DNA of 64,000 bases from Octopus sinensis (taxonomy: Eukaryota): NCBI RefSeq assembly GCF_006345805.1, contig NC_042997.1, positions 83,576,001 to 83,640,000 of the forward strand, written 5' to 3'. A program made the position numbers and the translations under genes. Of this stretch, positions 13,177-25,611 are shown one piece after another (the stretch's first letter is position 1; each line of letters starts with the position of its first letter). The notes beneath the pieces were generated by a model. It searched no databases, was not told the DNA's origin, and was given only the letters and a program-made list of their open reading frames with translations.

Positions 13177-13339
13177 TTTTTTTTTCTGTTTCGTCTATTT
13201 ATTAAGGTGTCTCTGTGTCCGTATTATTATTATTTTTTTGGAAGGGTGGGGCACTCTTGATGGCTAGTGTTTCATCCTGCTATTATAGAGGTGATAATAC
13301 TGAATCACAAATAGACAAAAATGAATAAAGATAAACCAG

Positions 13340-13685
13340 ACTTGGTTTTATGCTAAAGATAGGAAATGAATGACACCACTTGTACGATGGTGACATCTGT
13401 TTACAACCATCACATGGTACCAAGACAAGTATGCATGTGTCCTCGTTTGACATGAAATCACATGCTTGTTGTAAACGAATGTCATTGTCACACAAGTTAT
13501 GTCATTCATTTCCAATTATTAATGAAAAAAAACATATCTGGCCATAGGGAAATATTACTGCTTGTTTAAGAAACAAGTGAGAGTTGGTGACAGGAAGGCT
13601 ATTCTGCCATAGAACATTTGCCTGAATGAACTCCATCTGATCCATGCAAACATGGAAAAGTGGACATTAATGTAATGATTATGAT
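13340..13685 (+). mobile_element. Diverged SINE family B remnants ending in an RTE-type 3' tail
   Basis: ...gacaggaaggctattctgccatagaa...catggaaaagtggacattaatg(taa/tga)n. Confidence 0.55.
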
Positions 13686-14479
13686 GAAACCTTTTCAACT
13701 CCAGGTTTTGGGGCAAAATGTTTAAATGTTCCAAAATCTTTGTCGGTGAAAAGAAAACAAGAAATCAAAACAATTTCTAGCCCCTCTAAGTAATCCCAGA
13801 AGAAATCACCTGCTGAGCAGCATTCTGTGTGAGTATGTCTTGATTTCCAAGTAAAACTCTTCATTCTATGCCCCAGTTCACTTAATGGAAAAAAAAGTTA
13901 ATGGGCACATCATCACCCATTGATTGAAACACTGGTTATGAAAAATCAAGGTCAAGGTTATGGAAGCATGAATTATGTCTGCTGTTTATTAGTCTGTTTA
14001 TTAAAAGGAAGTCAAGTAATGCCAATGACATTTGCAGGATTCCTCCAAACATAAGAAAAATTTCAATGGTTGTATCCATACAGTTAGTGTTATGAATGTT
14101 TCATTGTAAGTTCAGTAAATTAGGGAAAAACAAGTGAGAGTGCTAGAAGTGATCAATGAAATTCTGAGAATAAAAAGTCTGACTGTCTGTGTTTGACAAT
14201 AATTCATTCAATTTCATTCAGGTTGATCTAAGCATTGAGAAAGATTAAGTACACAAAAACTGCATAGAAAGCTAGCACACACACACACACACACACACTG
14301 GTTTGTCATTCACAAACCTTTGATTGACCTGGGGCTGTATATATTTGTCCAAAGCACTGTATAGTGGGACTGAACCCAAGAAACCATGGTTGGGAAACAA
14401 GCTTCTTAACCATAGAGTCATACTTTTGTGTGTCACCAACACCGGCCACAACTACAATTTCACTTGACGAAGCTTCTGA

Positions 14480-15030
14480 AGCATAGAAAATTGCCAAAGG
14501 TCTCAGTCACTTGTCATCACCTCCATGAAACCCAACTTTCAAAGTGCATGTTTCACTATCTTGTCCTATGTCTTCCTGGGTCTATCTCATCTATGGGTTC
14601 CCTCCACAGTTAAAGATCGGCATTTCTTTACACAGCTGTCCTCATCCATATGTATCACATGACCATACCAGTCATTGCACACCACACATGATGCCTCTCA
14701 TGTCCGATTTTTCTCTCAAGATGCTTACACTCTGTTGTACATGCACACTGACATTGCACATCTAGCTTCATTTCTTTCAAGCCTTTGCATGTCCTCTGTG
14801 GTCACCGCCCATGTTTCACTGCCATATAGCATGGCTGCTTGCACACAGCTATTATACAATCTACCTTTCACTCTGAGGGAGAAGCCCTTTGTTACCAACA
14901 AAGTTAGAAACTTTCTGATCTTTGCCCAGCCTATTCTTATTCTTGCAACTATGCCCTCAGAGCATCTGCCTCTTCTGCTGACTTGAACACCTAGATTAAA
15001 AATGATCTCAACTTCTAGGTATCCTCTCTG
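14480..15030 (-). mobile_element. RTE LINE ORF2 C-terminal fragment (decayed)
   Basis: Antisense of ORF 14675-14986 reads LVTKGFSLRVKGRLYNSCVQAAMLYGSETWAVT, matching the RTE frame at 56083-56526. Confidence 0.8.
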
Positions 15031-15047
15031 GCATTTGATGATGTCTG

Positions 15048-15083
<36 letters not shown>

Positions 15084-15755
15084 CATAAAAAGACAAGCAT
15101 ATCAGTGTATCATAAAAATATCATGTAGCATTCCTATCTGCATCAGTTGCTTCCCCTTTGCTAAGTTGAATTCAGTTTTCTCCTCTTCAAAGGGTAATAA
15201 AATAACATCCAGATTGAAACAAGAAACAAACCCAATATAATCAGCTAAAACCCTTGAAGGCAGAGCTCCAGCATGGCTGCAGTCCAATGACTGAAACTAG
15301 TAAAAGAATAAAAGAATTGTTTTATAATTTCATGCAATACCTGTACTAACTGGAACTTTTAATCAATAGATCAATTATATAGCCAGAGATATCTCTTTGT
15401 TACAGGTAGGGTTTGGTGACTAAATGAGGGTAAATAGGGGACAGAGTGAGCTATGACAGCAAAACCATGTTGAGTAGGTGAGAAGAGCAAGAATTTAGTG
15501 TGAGTAAAAGAGTGATTGAAGTGTGAGATTGGAGTGACAGTTCTTGAGTGCACAAAAGGAGAGAGAGAGAGAGAGAGAGAAAGCAGGGTAACAACAGCTG
15601 ATGGGAGAGAAAAACTAACTGATGAATGGTAATAGATTGCAGTGGTGTGAGAGACAAAGTGATAAGTTGTAAGTTTAAAATGATGACTGGTGTTACATCT
15701 TTAATCTTTTATCGTTTCATTCATTGGATCGTGGCCATACAGGACATTGTGTGAA

Positions 15756-15976
15756 CCCTTTAGCATTCAAATTACTCTGCCAAATCATATGTTTATTTAT
15801 TCACATCGTTTTGTATTAATCATGCATTACCTTATAGCTTTGACATTTTGATGATGTGACTATTTAGTTTTAGAATCACTTCCGAGGATAGGTGTGACAG
15901 GCCAGACATGGCCAGTTTGAACATAAGACAGATAGAATATTTTGGGCCAGATATGGCCAATTTAAATGCTAATGGG
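15756..15976. mobile_element. piggyBac-type MITE (ccctttagcatt...aatgctaatggg)
   Basis: TIRs with CCC/GGG termini and degenerate TTAA flanks; second copy at 39521-39706. Confidence 0.7.
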
Positions 15977-16018
15977 TCAAAGGTTCAATTGCACAAACCA
16001 GCCCCAGTGCTTATTCTA

Positions 16019-16584
16019 TTGGGTTGTCCGGAAAGTTTGTGCTGATTTATAGCAGCTTACCTTTCGACTTATTTTAGAACATGGTTGAGTCCATAAAATA
16101 GGATTTGACTACACCTCCATTTAGAGCACAGTTTAAGCTATCTTTTCGTGGAAGAAGATTTATGTTTCTATAACCCGTGTTGATTCTGTAACCCTTTAAA
16201 ATGGAAGATAAGAAAGTTCCTTTTTGGCACTTGATGCTTTGGGAACCAGACAAAAATTGCTGCAGCTCGGCTGGGATGTGTTACCCCACCCTCCACATTC
16301 ACCAGATGTGGCTCCTTCAGATTTCCACTTATTCAGGTCTTTGCAGAATAGTCTTAATGGTAAAAATTTCTATTCCTTGGATGACGTAAAAAGATACCTT
16401 GATGAATTCTTTGCCATGAAACCACCTCAATTCTGGGAAGAAGGTATTTTCAAGTTAAAGGAAAGATGGAGATGCATTGTACAACAAAATGGTTCATATT
16501 TGGTTGATTAAAAATGTAATGGCAAGTATTTATTGACCTTTTTCTTTCCTTTAAAAATCGGCACGAACTTTCCGGACAACCCAA
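16019..16584 (+). mobile_element. Internally deleted mariner transposon
   Basis: 30-bp TIRs ttgggttgtccggaaagt(t/c)tgtg... with 2 mismatches; TA TSD; ORF 16224-16511 HPPHSPDVAPSDFHLFRSLQNSL...RWRCIVQQNGSY is the mariner catalytic C-terminus. Confidence 0.93.
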
Positions 16585-17075
16585 TATCAGTTTCTTTTGC
16601 TAAGCTACTAAGTTACAGGATGTAAACAAATCAACACTAGTTGTCAGACACAAAGCGGCACACACATAAAATAAATACAATGGAGCATTCACATAGTTTC
16701 CATCTACCAAATTCACTCACAAGGCATTACTTGGCCTGGGGCTATAGCAGAAGACAATTTCCTTAAGTGCTGTTCAGTGGAGTTGAACCCAAACCCACAT
16801 GCTTGCAAAGTGAGCTTCTTATACTACACAGCCATGTCAATGCCTATTGTATTTTCAATTTTTTTCTTTTTGGAGTAGAACTTTTACCATTATTACCTCA
16901 CTTCAACCAGCTGTCAGAGGTAGAAAATAATTTATCTTGGAATGTTATCTGCAATAGACTAGCATCCTATCCTGGGACAATTTAACTCACATCTACTACA
17001 CACAATGAAATCAGAGTCAAGTGCCAGCTTTTAAAAGGCTTGTTGAATGATGTATCTATACTAGCCATACATAAG

Positions 17076-17182
17076 TAACTATACTAACCTTACATGTGTA
17101 ACTATATTAACCTTACAAATGTAACTATACTAACCATGCATACATAACTATACTAACCATATACATAACTATACTAACCATA
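17076..17182. repeat. ~22-bp minisatellite (taactatactaacc...) x5
   Basis: Direct reading. Confidence 0.8.
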
Positions 17183-18495
17183 TTTTCAGAAGAGCAATGC
17201 AGATTTAATACATTCAATTCATTATATAAAAATAGAGCTACCAAATCTACTATTAAATAAATGTATAATCTTTTGACTTTAGCTACTGCTATTTATGCTA
17301 CTCTAAATTATATACTGCTACCCACCCATCATATACACACACACAAGCATATTAAGGGTGGGTATTTGGGTATTTCGAAAATGCCTCATGGAGTGATGAC
17401 TCCATAGTTATGGGTTGCCCTTTGTCAAGGCAAAGCACCCGTTTAGCCCCCTGCCAGGATACAGTGAAGTCATGGGACAGCAGTATGACAGATTGTGATG
17501 AGGCAGCAGAAGAACTCAGCTCAGCCAACAGTGTTTCTTTCACTGATGCTGAGCAGAGGAATCCTTAGAGGATCAATGGTCAGAACTGTCAAGCTCTATC
17601 AAGAGAGTAACTGCAATGCACCCACTGGAGTGCAAGCCTTGGTTGTGTAATCAGCTAATGAAAAATTCAGTGTGACTCAAGCTCCCAGTTCAAATATGAA
17701 TACTAAAACTGGGTAGCAACAAAGAGTCATAGGAATCCGTGCAAGTAGAGAGAGAGAGAGGTGGAGAGAGGGAGAGGGAGAGAGGTAGAGAGAGAGAGAG
17801 AGAGATTAAGAGCAAATTATAATGATTACTATCAAATCAGTGAGAATTCTTCATAAACAGCAATTAACACATAAATATCCATTCTGTCTGATATAGTCTC
17901 TGAAAACTACATTGTCACTATTTTAACCTCCACTTTTTCAAACTTGAATAAAATTTATTAGGGCAGATTTTCTAGGGCCAGATGTCCTTCCTGTCATCAA
18001 CCTATATCTGTTTCCAAGCAAGGTAATATATCCCCATGGCCAGGCAGGTTTATGCAGAATATTGCAAATGAATGACACTGCTTGTATGACAATGACACTC
18101 ATTTACAACTATCATGCAATGTCAAGACCAAAAGAAACACACGCCAAATTTATTCCAAAGACTTTGGTTGGCTTGGGGCTATACAAGGAAATACTTGCCC
18201 AAGGTGCCACACAGTGAGATTGAACTCAAAACCATGTGGTTGGGTAGAAATCTATCTATCTAAATTTATCTATATCATCATCATCATCATTTAACAACCC
18301 TTCTTCTATGTTGGCATGGGTTGGACAAAGGTATACCTACCTACTCACCCATGTTCTGGGTTCAAATGCCACCAAGGTTGACTTTGCCTTTCATCTTTTC
18401 AGGATCAATAAAATAAGTACCAGTTGAGTACTGGGGTTGATGTAATCAACTTACCCCTTCCCTTAAAAATGCTGGTCTTGTGTCAAAATTTGAAA

Positions 18496-18552
<57 letters not shown>

Positions 18553-18554
<2 letters not shown>

Positions 18555-18890
18555 ACGGGAAGCTTTATGAAAATAGACAAAAGACGAAGGCAGGTGGGAA
18601 ACAAACAAACAATTGTATTAGTATGGCGCTCAGGAAATATAAATAAAACAAGTCTTTAACGTTTCGAGCCTACGCTCTTCAACAGAAAGATACACAGAGA
18701 GAAAAAAAACACAGAAAGAAGGAGAGAAAAAAAATGTGTGCAGTAACTAACGAATCAACATGGCGATCTGATTTCGGCCAGAGGTCAAAGATCAAACATG
18801 AGACGCGAGAGCGAAATAAGGGGAGATAATAGGGTTGATAATAGGGTTGAATGACCAGCTATTAGTGCGTATGAGAGGTCTGGACGTGTG
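18553..18890 (-). mobile_element. Penelope-like terminal-repeat fragment
   Basis: Reverse complement of ~48800-49161; abuts (TA)n. Confidence 0.85.
18653..18690 (-). ncRNA. Minimal type-I hammerhead-like motif (core CUGUUGA, GUU site)
   Basis: Minus strand TCTTT-CTGTTGA-A-GAGC-gtag-GCTC-GAAAC-GTT-AAAGA. Confidence 0.65.
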
Positions 18891-18894
18891 TATG

Positions 18895-18930
<36 letters not shown>

Positions 18931-18932
<2 letters not shown>

Positions 18933-19360
18933 CATGGGTATGGCTGTGTAGTTAGAAGCTTGCTCCCTAATCATATGGTCCTTGGTTTGACCCCCATTGC
19001 ATGACACTTTGGCCAAGTATCTTCTGCTAATGCTCTGGGCTGACCAAAACCTTATGAGTGGATTTGTTAGATGGAAATTGAAAGCATCCCCCTGTGTGTG
19101 TGTGTGTGTGCGTGTGCGTGTGTGTGTTTTACTGTCACCTTGCCTTGACATTGTGTGATACTTGTAAACAAATGTTACCATCATGGAAGCAGAGTCCTTC
19201 ACTTGTCTTCAAAGTCTGGTCATGGGAAAATATTACCTTACTTGGGAACAAGTGAAAACAGGCAACAAGGAGGGCATCCAGCTGTAGAAAATCTGCCTCA
19301 ACAACATTCTGTTCAACCCATGCAAGCATGGAAAAGTGGACGTTAAAGGATGAAGATGAC
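18931..19360 (+). mobile_element. SINE family B (family A head, different body, RTE-type 3' tail), full length
   Basis: ggcatgggtatggctgtgtagttagaagc head...gagggcatccagctgtagaaaatctgcc...catggaaaagtggacgttaaaggatg; similar copies at 35075-35540 and ~44370-44910. Confidence 0.75.
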
Positions 19361-21310
19361 AACGATGGTGATGACAATGATGATGATGACAATGATGACA
19401 ACAACGACAATGATGCTGCTGCCACTGATGATGGTGATGATGATGATGATGATCAAGATGATATATATATATATATGCGTCAGCTGCAATAATTCATAAC
19501 AACTATTTTGCTATAGCGATTCTAGATAAAGCACCAATTCATTAATCATTAGACTACTTCTGAAATATATTGGCTAGAGTATACATAGATTTTTAAACCT
19601 AGGTGGAGGTGAAGGGAGAAAAATATTAAAAATAGCCTTTTTACCTAACTGGTGTCTCTTCAATTACAAACATATGAGTACTGTAAACTAAATGGCAAGT
19701 TCCTGGCAAGCCAAGGCTACAGTGCAATTTCAAATCACTCTGATAATTTGTTTGATTAACAAAGGAAGAATAAAAGCTGACTTAACCTTTGAAGGAATAA
19801 TTCAAACTTATCTCCATCTCTAACCATCTGTTACTCTCCCCTCACTATCTTATGAAAGTATCAAGTCTCTCTTCTCACCTCATGGGGGGAGAAAGGGTGG
19901 ATACTTTCCAAACAGTCTCTTGTGCTCATATTCCTGTACCTTGAGAATTTGTTCTGACACTCCATTGCTATATTCTTTTATTTCCTTCCCAACTATTACC
20001 ATTAGTATAAGGTAGTCATGTAGCTGGTCTATAGCAGGATACCTGTGTTTGCCCTTCTATAGCAGAACACTTGTGTTTGTCCCTCTATCATACTTTAGCC
20101 ACCTCTTCCTCTCCTGAATACTCCCACTACTACTAGTAGCAGAAGCTTTTCCTTTTTTTCCTGTTCTCCTTTTCTGTCTTGCAGGTTACTTAGCAACCTC
20201 ACAGGAGTCAGTGTCATGTAAAAAGCACTCAGTATGCACTGTAAAGTGGTTGGTGTTATGAAGGGTATCCAACTGTAGAATCCATGCCAAAGCTGACACT
20301 TGAGCCTGGCATGACCCTACGGCTTGCCAGATCCTACCAAACTGTCCAAGCCATGCCAACAAGGTAAACAAATGATGACGACAATGACAATGGTTGTAAA
20401 GAAGAACGTTCGAATACTGTAACATAATGTTTTTCCAATGTTACATGAATTCTCCTAATCCACTATCCATTCAATATAAACTCACAGTATTAGAAGGCAT
20501 AATGAATATAAATACCCATAAAAAAAAATTTTAATCTGTTCTGCTCATAACATTTTGCAATAATGATATTCAGATTTGATGGAATGAAAATGAGAAAGAG
20601 ATAATAATATATATGAATAAACAAAGAAAGAAACATACATACATACACACACACACTGATATACATAGATACATACATACATACATACATACATACATAA
20701 ACACGCATATATATATATGTATATCAATATACACATGCATCAATATATTACATATATAAAAAAATAGACATACATACATACACACACACACACATATATA
20801 TATATACATACATATATATAGATACACGCACACACAAACATGCATATATACATACAAATATATATATACTTATATACATACACACACACACACACATACA
20901 TGTGTATCTATATATGCATGTGTACATATGTATGTATATATGTATATGCATGTGTATATATGTATGTGTGTGTTAAGAAGAGGAAGCAAAATATTTGGCG
21001 CTTGGCCCAATGTTTATATACAAATTAGAAATTGAGTGCAGAGAGATCAACGATTGCAATAGGCAATAACAATAATAATGTTGTTCATTTTCCATTTCAA
21101 GTAGAATGAAAGTAACAACTAAACAGCTAAATACTCACAAAAATTTAACAAAACAACAAACTCAATTTCTTTCACTCTCTTTCTCTCTCTCACAAACACA
21201 CACACGCAATCTTTCTCTCTTTCTCACGTGTACATACACAAATATATATTAATATACTTTACTATAGTGTGATATTGTTTTCTAAAATATATTTTCATAA
21301 ATATATATAA

Positions 21311-21709
21311 ACTAGCAGTATCGCCCGGCGTTGCTCGGGTTTGTAAGGGAAATAACTATATAAGCATTTTTAGAGAGTTATAACCAAAAAGTAGCAAAAA
21401 AATTCATTAAAAATGGGAAAAAAATGATGGTAAATTTTTTTTAAATCGTTGACTCATCGTAGACATTTTTAGAGAGTTACTTCCCTTATATAATAGCGAA
21501 AAAAATGCATTAAAATGGAAAAAAATGATGGTAAATTTTTTTTTAAATCGTAGACTCATCGTAGACGCGCGCTAATACCCAGAAGGGCTCGGTATGAATC
21601 ACGACTATAAGATACCCAGTTTTGGTTAAACTGCACCGCAAAATGTGGGAGTAGTTAGGAATCTAAATCGTAGGAGACAGACACACAACTTGACTTTTAT
21701 ATATAAAGA
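21311..21709 (-). mobile_element. Non-autonomous Helitron (399 bp)
   Basis: Minus strand A|TC start at 21709; 3' hairpin CCCGAGCAACGCCGGG 8 nt before CTAG|T at 21311; internal ~100-bp tandem duplication. Confidence 0.85.
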
Positions 21710-23388
21710 TATACAGGCTCCCCATACACATTTCATATAAATATTAGTGTGTGTGTGTGTGTGTATTTTTACTTGTTTCAGTCATTTTGACTGGAGCCAT
21801 GCTGGAGCACTGCCTTTTAGGCGAAGAAATCGACCTCTTTACTTATTCTTTGTAAGCCTGGTAATTATTCTATCAGTCTCTTCTGCTGAACCACTAGATT
21901 ATGGGAATGTAAACATACCAACATTGATTGTCAAGCGATGGCGTGGTGGGGGACAAACAAACACACACACATGCATATATATATACAAGATTATTCGTGA
22001 CCCATTGAGTCACTGGAAAAGTCTGAGTTTCCCAGCAACGGAGTTTTATTTCGTGGGCTTTTCTTTTCTTTTCCAGGTTATTTCACATGCTTTCAATGAA
22101 TGTGACATTGAAATCATGTGTAAACAATTCCTTTCCTCAGAAAAGGGAAGATTTGGCTGCTATTTCTTGCACACACTTCTACTACATAACAGGTATTTCA
22201 GGTCCTTTATCGCAAATAGCTGTCACGTGGTAGCAGAGCGTACTAGAAATAGTAGCCAAATCTTTGGTGGTGAGATACGTTGAATGCACTCGAAAAACCT
22301 GTGGAAAAAATTATTTCACACCGAGGTTACGAAGGGGTCTTTTAGAAAATATTTACCATATTTTTAAAGTCATTTTCACTTTAAAATATTAAAATAATAA
22401 ACAAAAAAACATTAAAATATTGTGTGTTTAAAGAAAGCTAAAATATAAATACTTACTGTACAAACAACATACATTCTTGAAATCATATTCACTTAAAAAT
22501 ATTTCTAAATGATTAAAATATTGTGTTTAGTAAAAGCCAAAAATAGAAACAATTACTGTAAAAAACAAATCATATTTGCTTGCTGTCAAGCCACAGTGTC
22601 TAATCGAAAGGTAAGACATTCTTCCCTTTCTTGATTAAATTACTTTTGGAATATTTTCCCATTATGCACCATTTTGAAAACCACTAATATCTCCACAACC
22701 ACATGTCCGATTTATGCAAAATTTGTTTTGTTCTGTTTGTATTTACATTTCAGGGGAAACTAAATTCATAGTATTTTCTCATTATGAGCCAGTTTGGCTG
22801 GGTAACATTGCAAGCATGAAAGCAAGATTCAAGCTGACTTTAATGTATTATATATATATATATATATGTGAACAGCTTCTTTCAGCTTCCGTCTACCAAA
22901 TCCACTTACATGGCTTTGGTTGGCCTGAGGCTATAGCAGACGACAATTGGTGCCGTGCAGTGGAACCGAATCCAGAACCACATTGTTGGGAAGCAAGCAT
23001 TTTACCACACAGTCACTCCTATATTTGACTGCAGCTATGCTGGAGCACCACCATTATTCAAGCAAATCGACCCCTGAAATTATTTTTGTAAGCTTATTCT
23101 ATCGGGCTCTGTTGCCGAAACTCTAAGTTACGGGGACATGAACACACCAGCATTGGTTGTCAAGTGACGTTGGTGGACAAACACAGACACATAAATATAT
23201 ACACATAAATACATATATTTGACAAGCTTCTTTCAGTTTCCATCTACAAAATCCACTCACAAGGCTTTGGTTGGCCCAAGGCTACAGTAGAAATCACTTG
23301 TCCAAGGTGCCACACAGTGAGAGTGAACCCGGAACCATGTGGTTGGTAAGCAAGCTACTTACCACACACTCACTCCTGCAACTAAAAG

Positions 23389-23419
<31 letters not shown>

Positions 23420-23563
23420 ATATATATATATATATTATATATATATATATGTTGTGTGTTTATATGCATATATATTATACATTACAACCACCATGCATGT
23501 ATAATTACATATATATATATCTATCTATCTATATGTATGTATGTATGTTTGTATACAAGCATA

Positions 23564-24155
23564 TCATCATCGTCATCGTTTAACGTCTGCTTTCCATGCA
23601 GGCAGGGGTTGGACGATTTGACTGAGGACTGGTGAGCCAGATGGCTGCACCAGGGACCAATCTGATCTGGCAGAGTTTCTACAGCTGGATGCCCTTCCTA
23701 ACGCCAACCATTCAGAGATAGTAGTGGGTGCTTTTACGTGCCACTGGTACAAGGGCCAATGAGGTGGTACAGGCAATGGCCATGCTCAAATGGTGTTTTT
23801 TTATGTGCCACGCGCACTGGAGCCAGTCCAGCGGCACTGCCAATGACCTTGCCAGAATATTTTTTTCATGGACCACCAGCACAAGTGCCAGTAAGGTCTG
23901 CTGGTAATGATTATGCTCGAAAGGTGCTTTTTACATGCACAGTAGCCAGTCAACTGCCCTGGCAATGATCATGCTTGGATGGTGCTCTTAGTGCTCCACT
24001 AGCATGGATGCCAGTGATGTGGTACTGTCATCGTATTTGATTTCTATTTCACTTGCCTCAACAGGTCTTCACAAGCAGAGTTTAGTGTCCAGTGAAGAAA
24101 AAGGTACGCATAAATGAGCTGGTTACACCGCTGGCATAGGCCAGAAGTTATGATC
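23564..24155 (-). mobile_element. RTE 3'UTR/tail copy (long)
   Basis: (CAT)n-gtttaacgtc...ctacagctggatgcccttcc... followed by 3'UTR repeats. Confidence 0.8.
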
Positions 24156-24164
24156 TCATATGTA

Positions 24165-24351
24165 TGCCAGTGGCACGTAAAAAGCACCCACTACACTCAT
24201 TGAGTGGCTGGGGTTGGGAAGGGCATCCAGCTGTAGAAACACTGCCAGATCAGACTGGAGCCTGGTGCAGTCTCCTGGCTTCCCAGACCCCGGTTGAACG
24301 GTCCAACCCATGCTAGCATGGAAAGCGGACGTTAAACGATGATGATGATGA
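24165..24351 (+). mobile_element. RTE 3' tail copy
   Basis: Canonical tail ending gcggacgttaaacgatgatgatg. Confidence 0.85.
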
Positions 24352-24375
24352 TTTATATAAATATATATATATATA

Positions 24376-24758
24376 GTGATGTAAATATGCCATTTGAATA
24401 TGGCTAACCCCTAAGGGTGGATGCTACTGTAGATTTTAGCCCCAGGAAGACATCTCCTCCAGCTGGCTATAGACACACTTTCTGTGACCTATCAGTATTT
24501 GCAAAGGGAAGCCATCCTTCCCGTCTTCAACTTATGATACACACGGACCCGAGTTTCAAGGTATTGACCTATCATCAGCGTGTGACAATCACAGTTGTCG
24601 ATAGGAAGGAGGTTATCTTTACAAATACATATACTTTTTCCAGTGTTCAGTGACACTGATATTGAAAAAGTGAAATCAAACAATGATAAATATCAGAGTG
24701 AGTTATCAACAGTAGCAGAAACACATCGTGATATAAATATGCCATTTGAATATGGCTA
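24376..24758 (-). mobile_element. 352-bp terminally redundant non-coding unit carrying a hammerhead (retrozyme-like or Penelope-type repeat)
   Basis: 31-bp direct repeats gtgat(g/a)taaatatgccatttgaatatggcta at 24376-24406 and 24728-24758; (TA)n on both sides; hammerhead inside. Confidence 0.65.
24540..24584 (-). ncRNA. Type-I hammerhead ribozyme, GUC cleavage site
   Basis: Minus strand CACACG-CTGATGA-TAGGT-caat-ACCTT-GAAAC-tcgg-GTC-CGTGTG: 6-bp stem I, canonical core, stem II with a U.U first pair, 2-bp stem III. Confidence 0.8.
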
Positions 24759-24789
24759 TATGTATATATATATATATATATGTAAGTGT

Positions 24790-24990
24790 GTGTGTATTTG
24801 TCCCCCTAGCATTGCTTGACAACCGATGCTGGTGTGTTTACGTCGCCATCACTAAGCGGTTCGGCAAAGGAGACCGATGGGATAAGTACTGGGCTTACAA
24901 AGAATAAGTCCCGGGGTCGATTTGCTCGACTAAAGGCGGTGCTCCAGCATGGCCGCAGTCAAATGACTGAAACAAGTAAAAGAGTAAAAG
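24790..24990 (+). mobile_element. 3' half of a young SINE family A copy
   Basis: Nearly identical to 55825-56015. Confidence 0.8.
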
Positions 24991-25194
24991 AGTACATATG
25001 TATATATACACGCACAAATGTTTATATATATATATATATATACACAAAAAGCAATAAAGATTCAAGTTAATTTAAATCAATTTACTTGAATATGGTACCT
25101 AACTTAGATGCACCAAAAAAAAACTATACTGTTTTAACAATACAGTAATGTGGGGTGATTATAAGCGAGAAAGAAGCAACAAGAATGGAGAGGT

Positions 25195-25285
25195 TTTTAG
25201 TACAATCGTTTCATACAAGGACAGGCTTTATTAAAAGTTGTAAAAATTACAGCATATAAACGTGTCCCGTACTCATCAGCTAAAA
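25195..25285 (-). ncRNA. Type-I hammerhead ribozyme with extended stem II (left arm)
   Basis: Exact mirror of 25492-25582. Confidence 0.75.
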
Positions 25286-25491
25286 TACATGTGAGTTCTC
25301 TAGACATCCTAGTGGTTGAGGCTATACTCATGAAGTAATGTAGATAATTAAGTAACATAAACAGATTTCCAAAGTTCATTAAAGTTCTTTAAAGATGATG
25401 AACTTTGGAAATCTGTTTATGTTACTTAATTATCTACATTACTTCATGAGTATAGCCTCAACCACTAGGATGTCTAGAGAACTCACATGTA

Positions 25492-25582
25492 TTTTAGCTG
25501 ATGAGTACGGGACACGTTTATATGCTGTAATTTTTACAACTTTTAATAAAGCCTGTCCTTGTATGAAACGATTGTACTAAAA
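25492..25582 (+). ncRNA. Type-I hammerhead ribozyme with extended stem II (right arm), GUA site
   Basis: TTTTAG-CTGATGA-GTACGGGACA...TGTCCTtGTAT-GAAAC-gatt-GTA-CTAAAA: stem I 6 bp, stem II 10 bp plus inner helices, stem III AC/GT. Confidence 0.75.
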
Positions 25583-25611
25583 ACCTCTCCATTCTTGTTG
25601 CTTCTTTCTCG

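Larger units (their letters stand above)
15695..16845 (-). mobile_element. SINE family A copy interrupted by a MITE and a mariner
   Basis: The SINE sequence ...cagtgcttattcTA|TAtcagtttcttttgc... is split exactly at the mariner TA duplication. Confidence 0.7.

Noticed and set aside
25197-25580. Identical 60-aa ORFs on both strands (MNFGNLFML...)
   Set aside because: A by-product of the inverted duplication; no protein-family signal.
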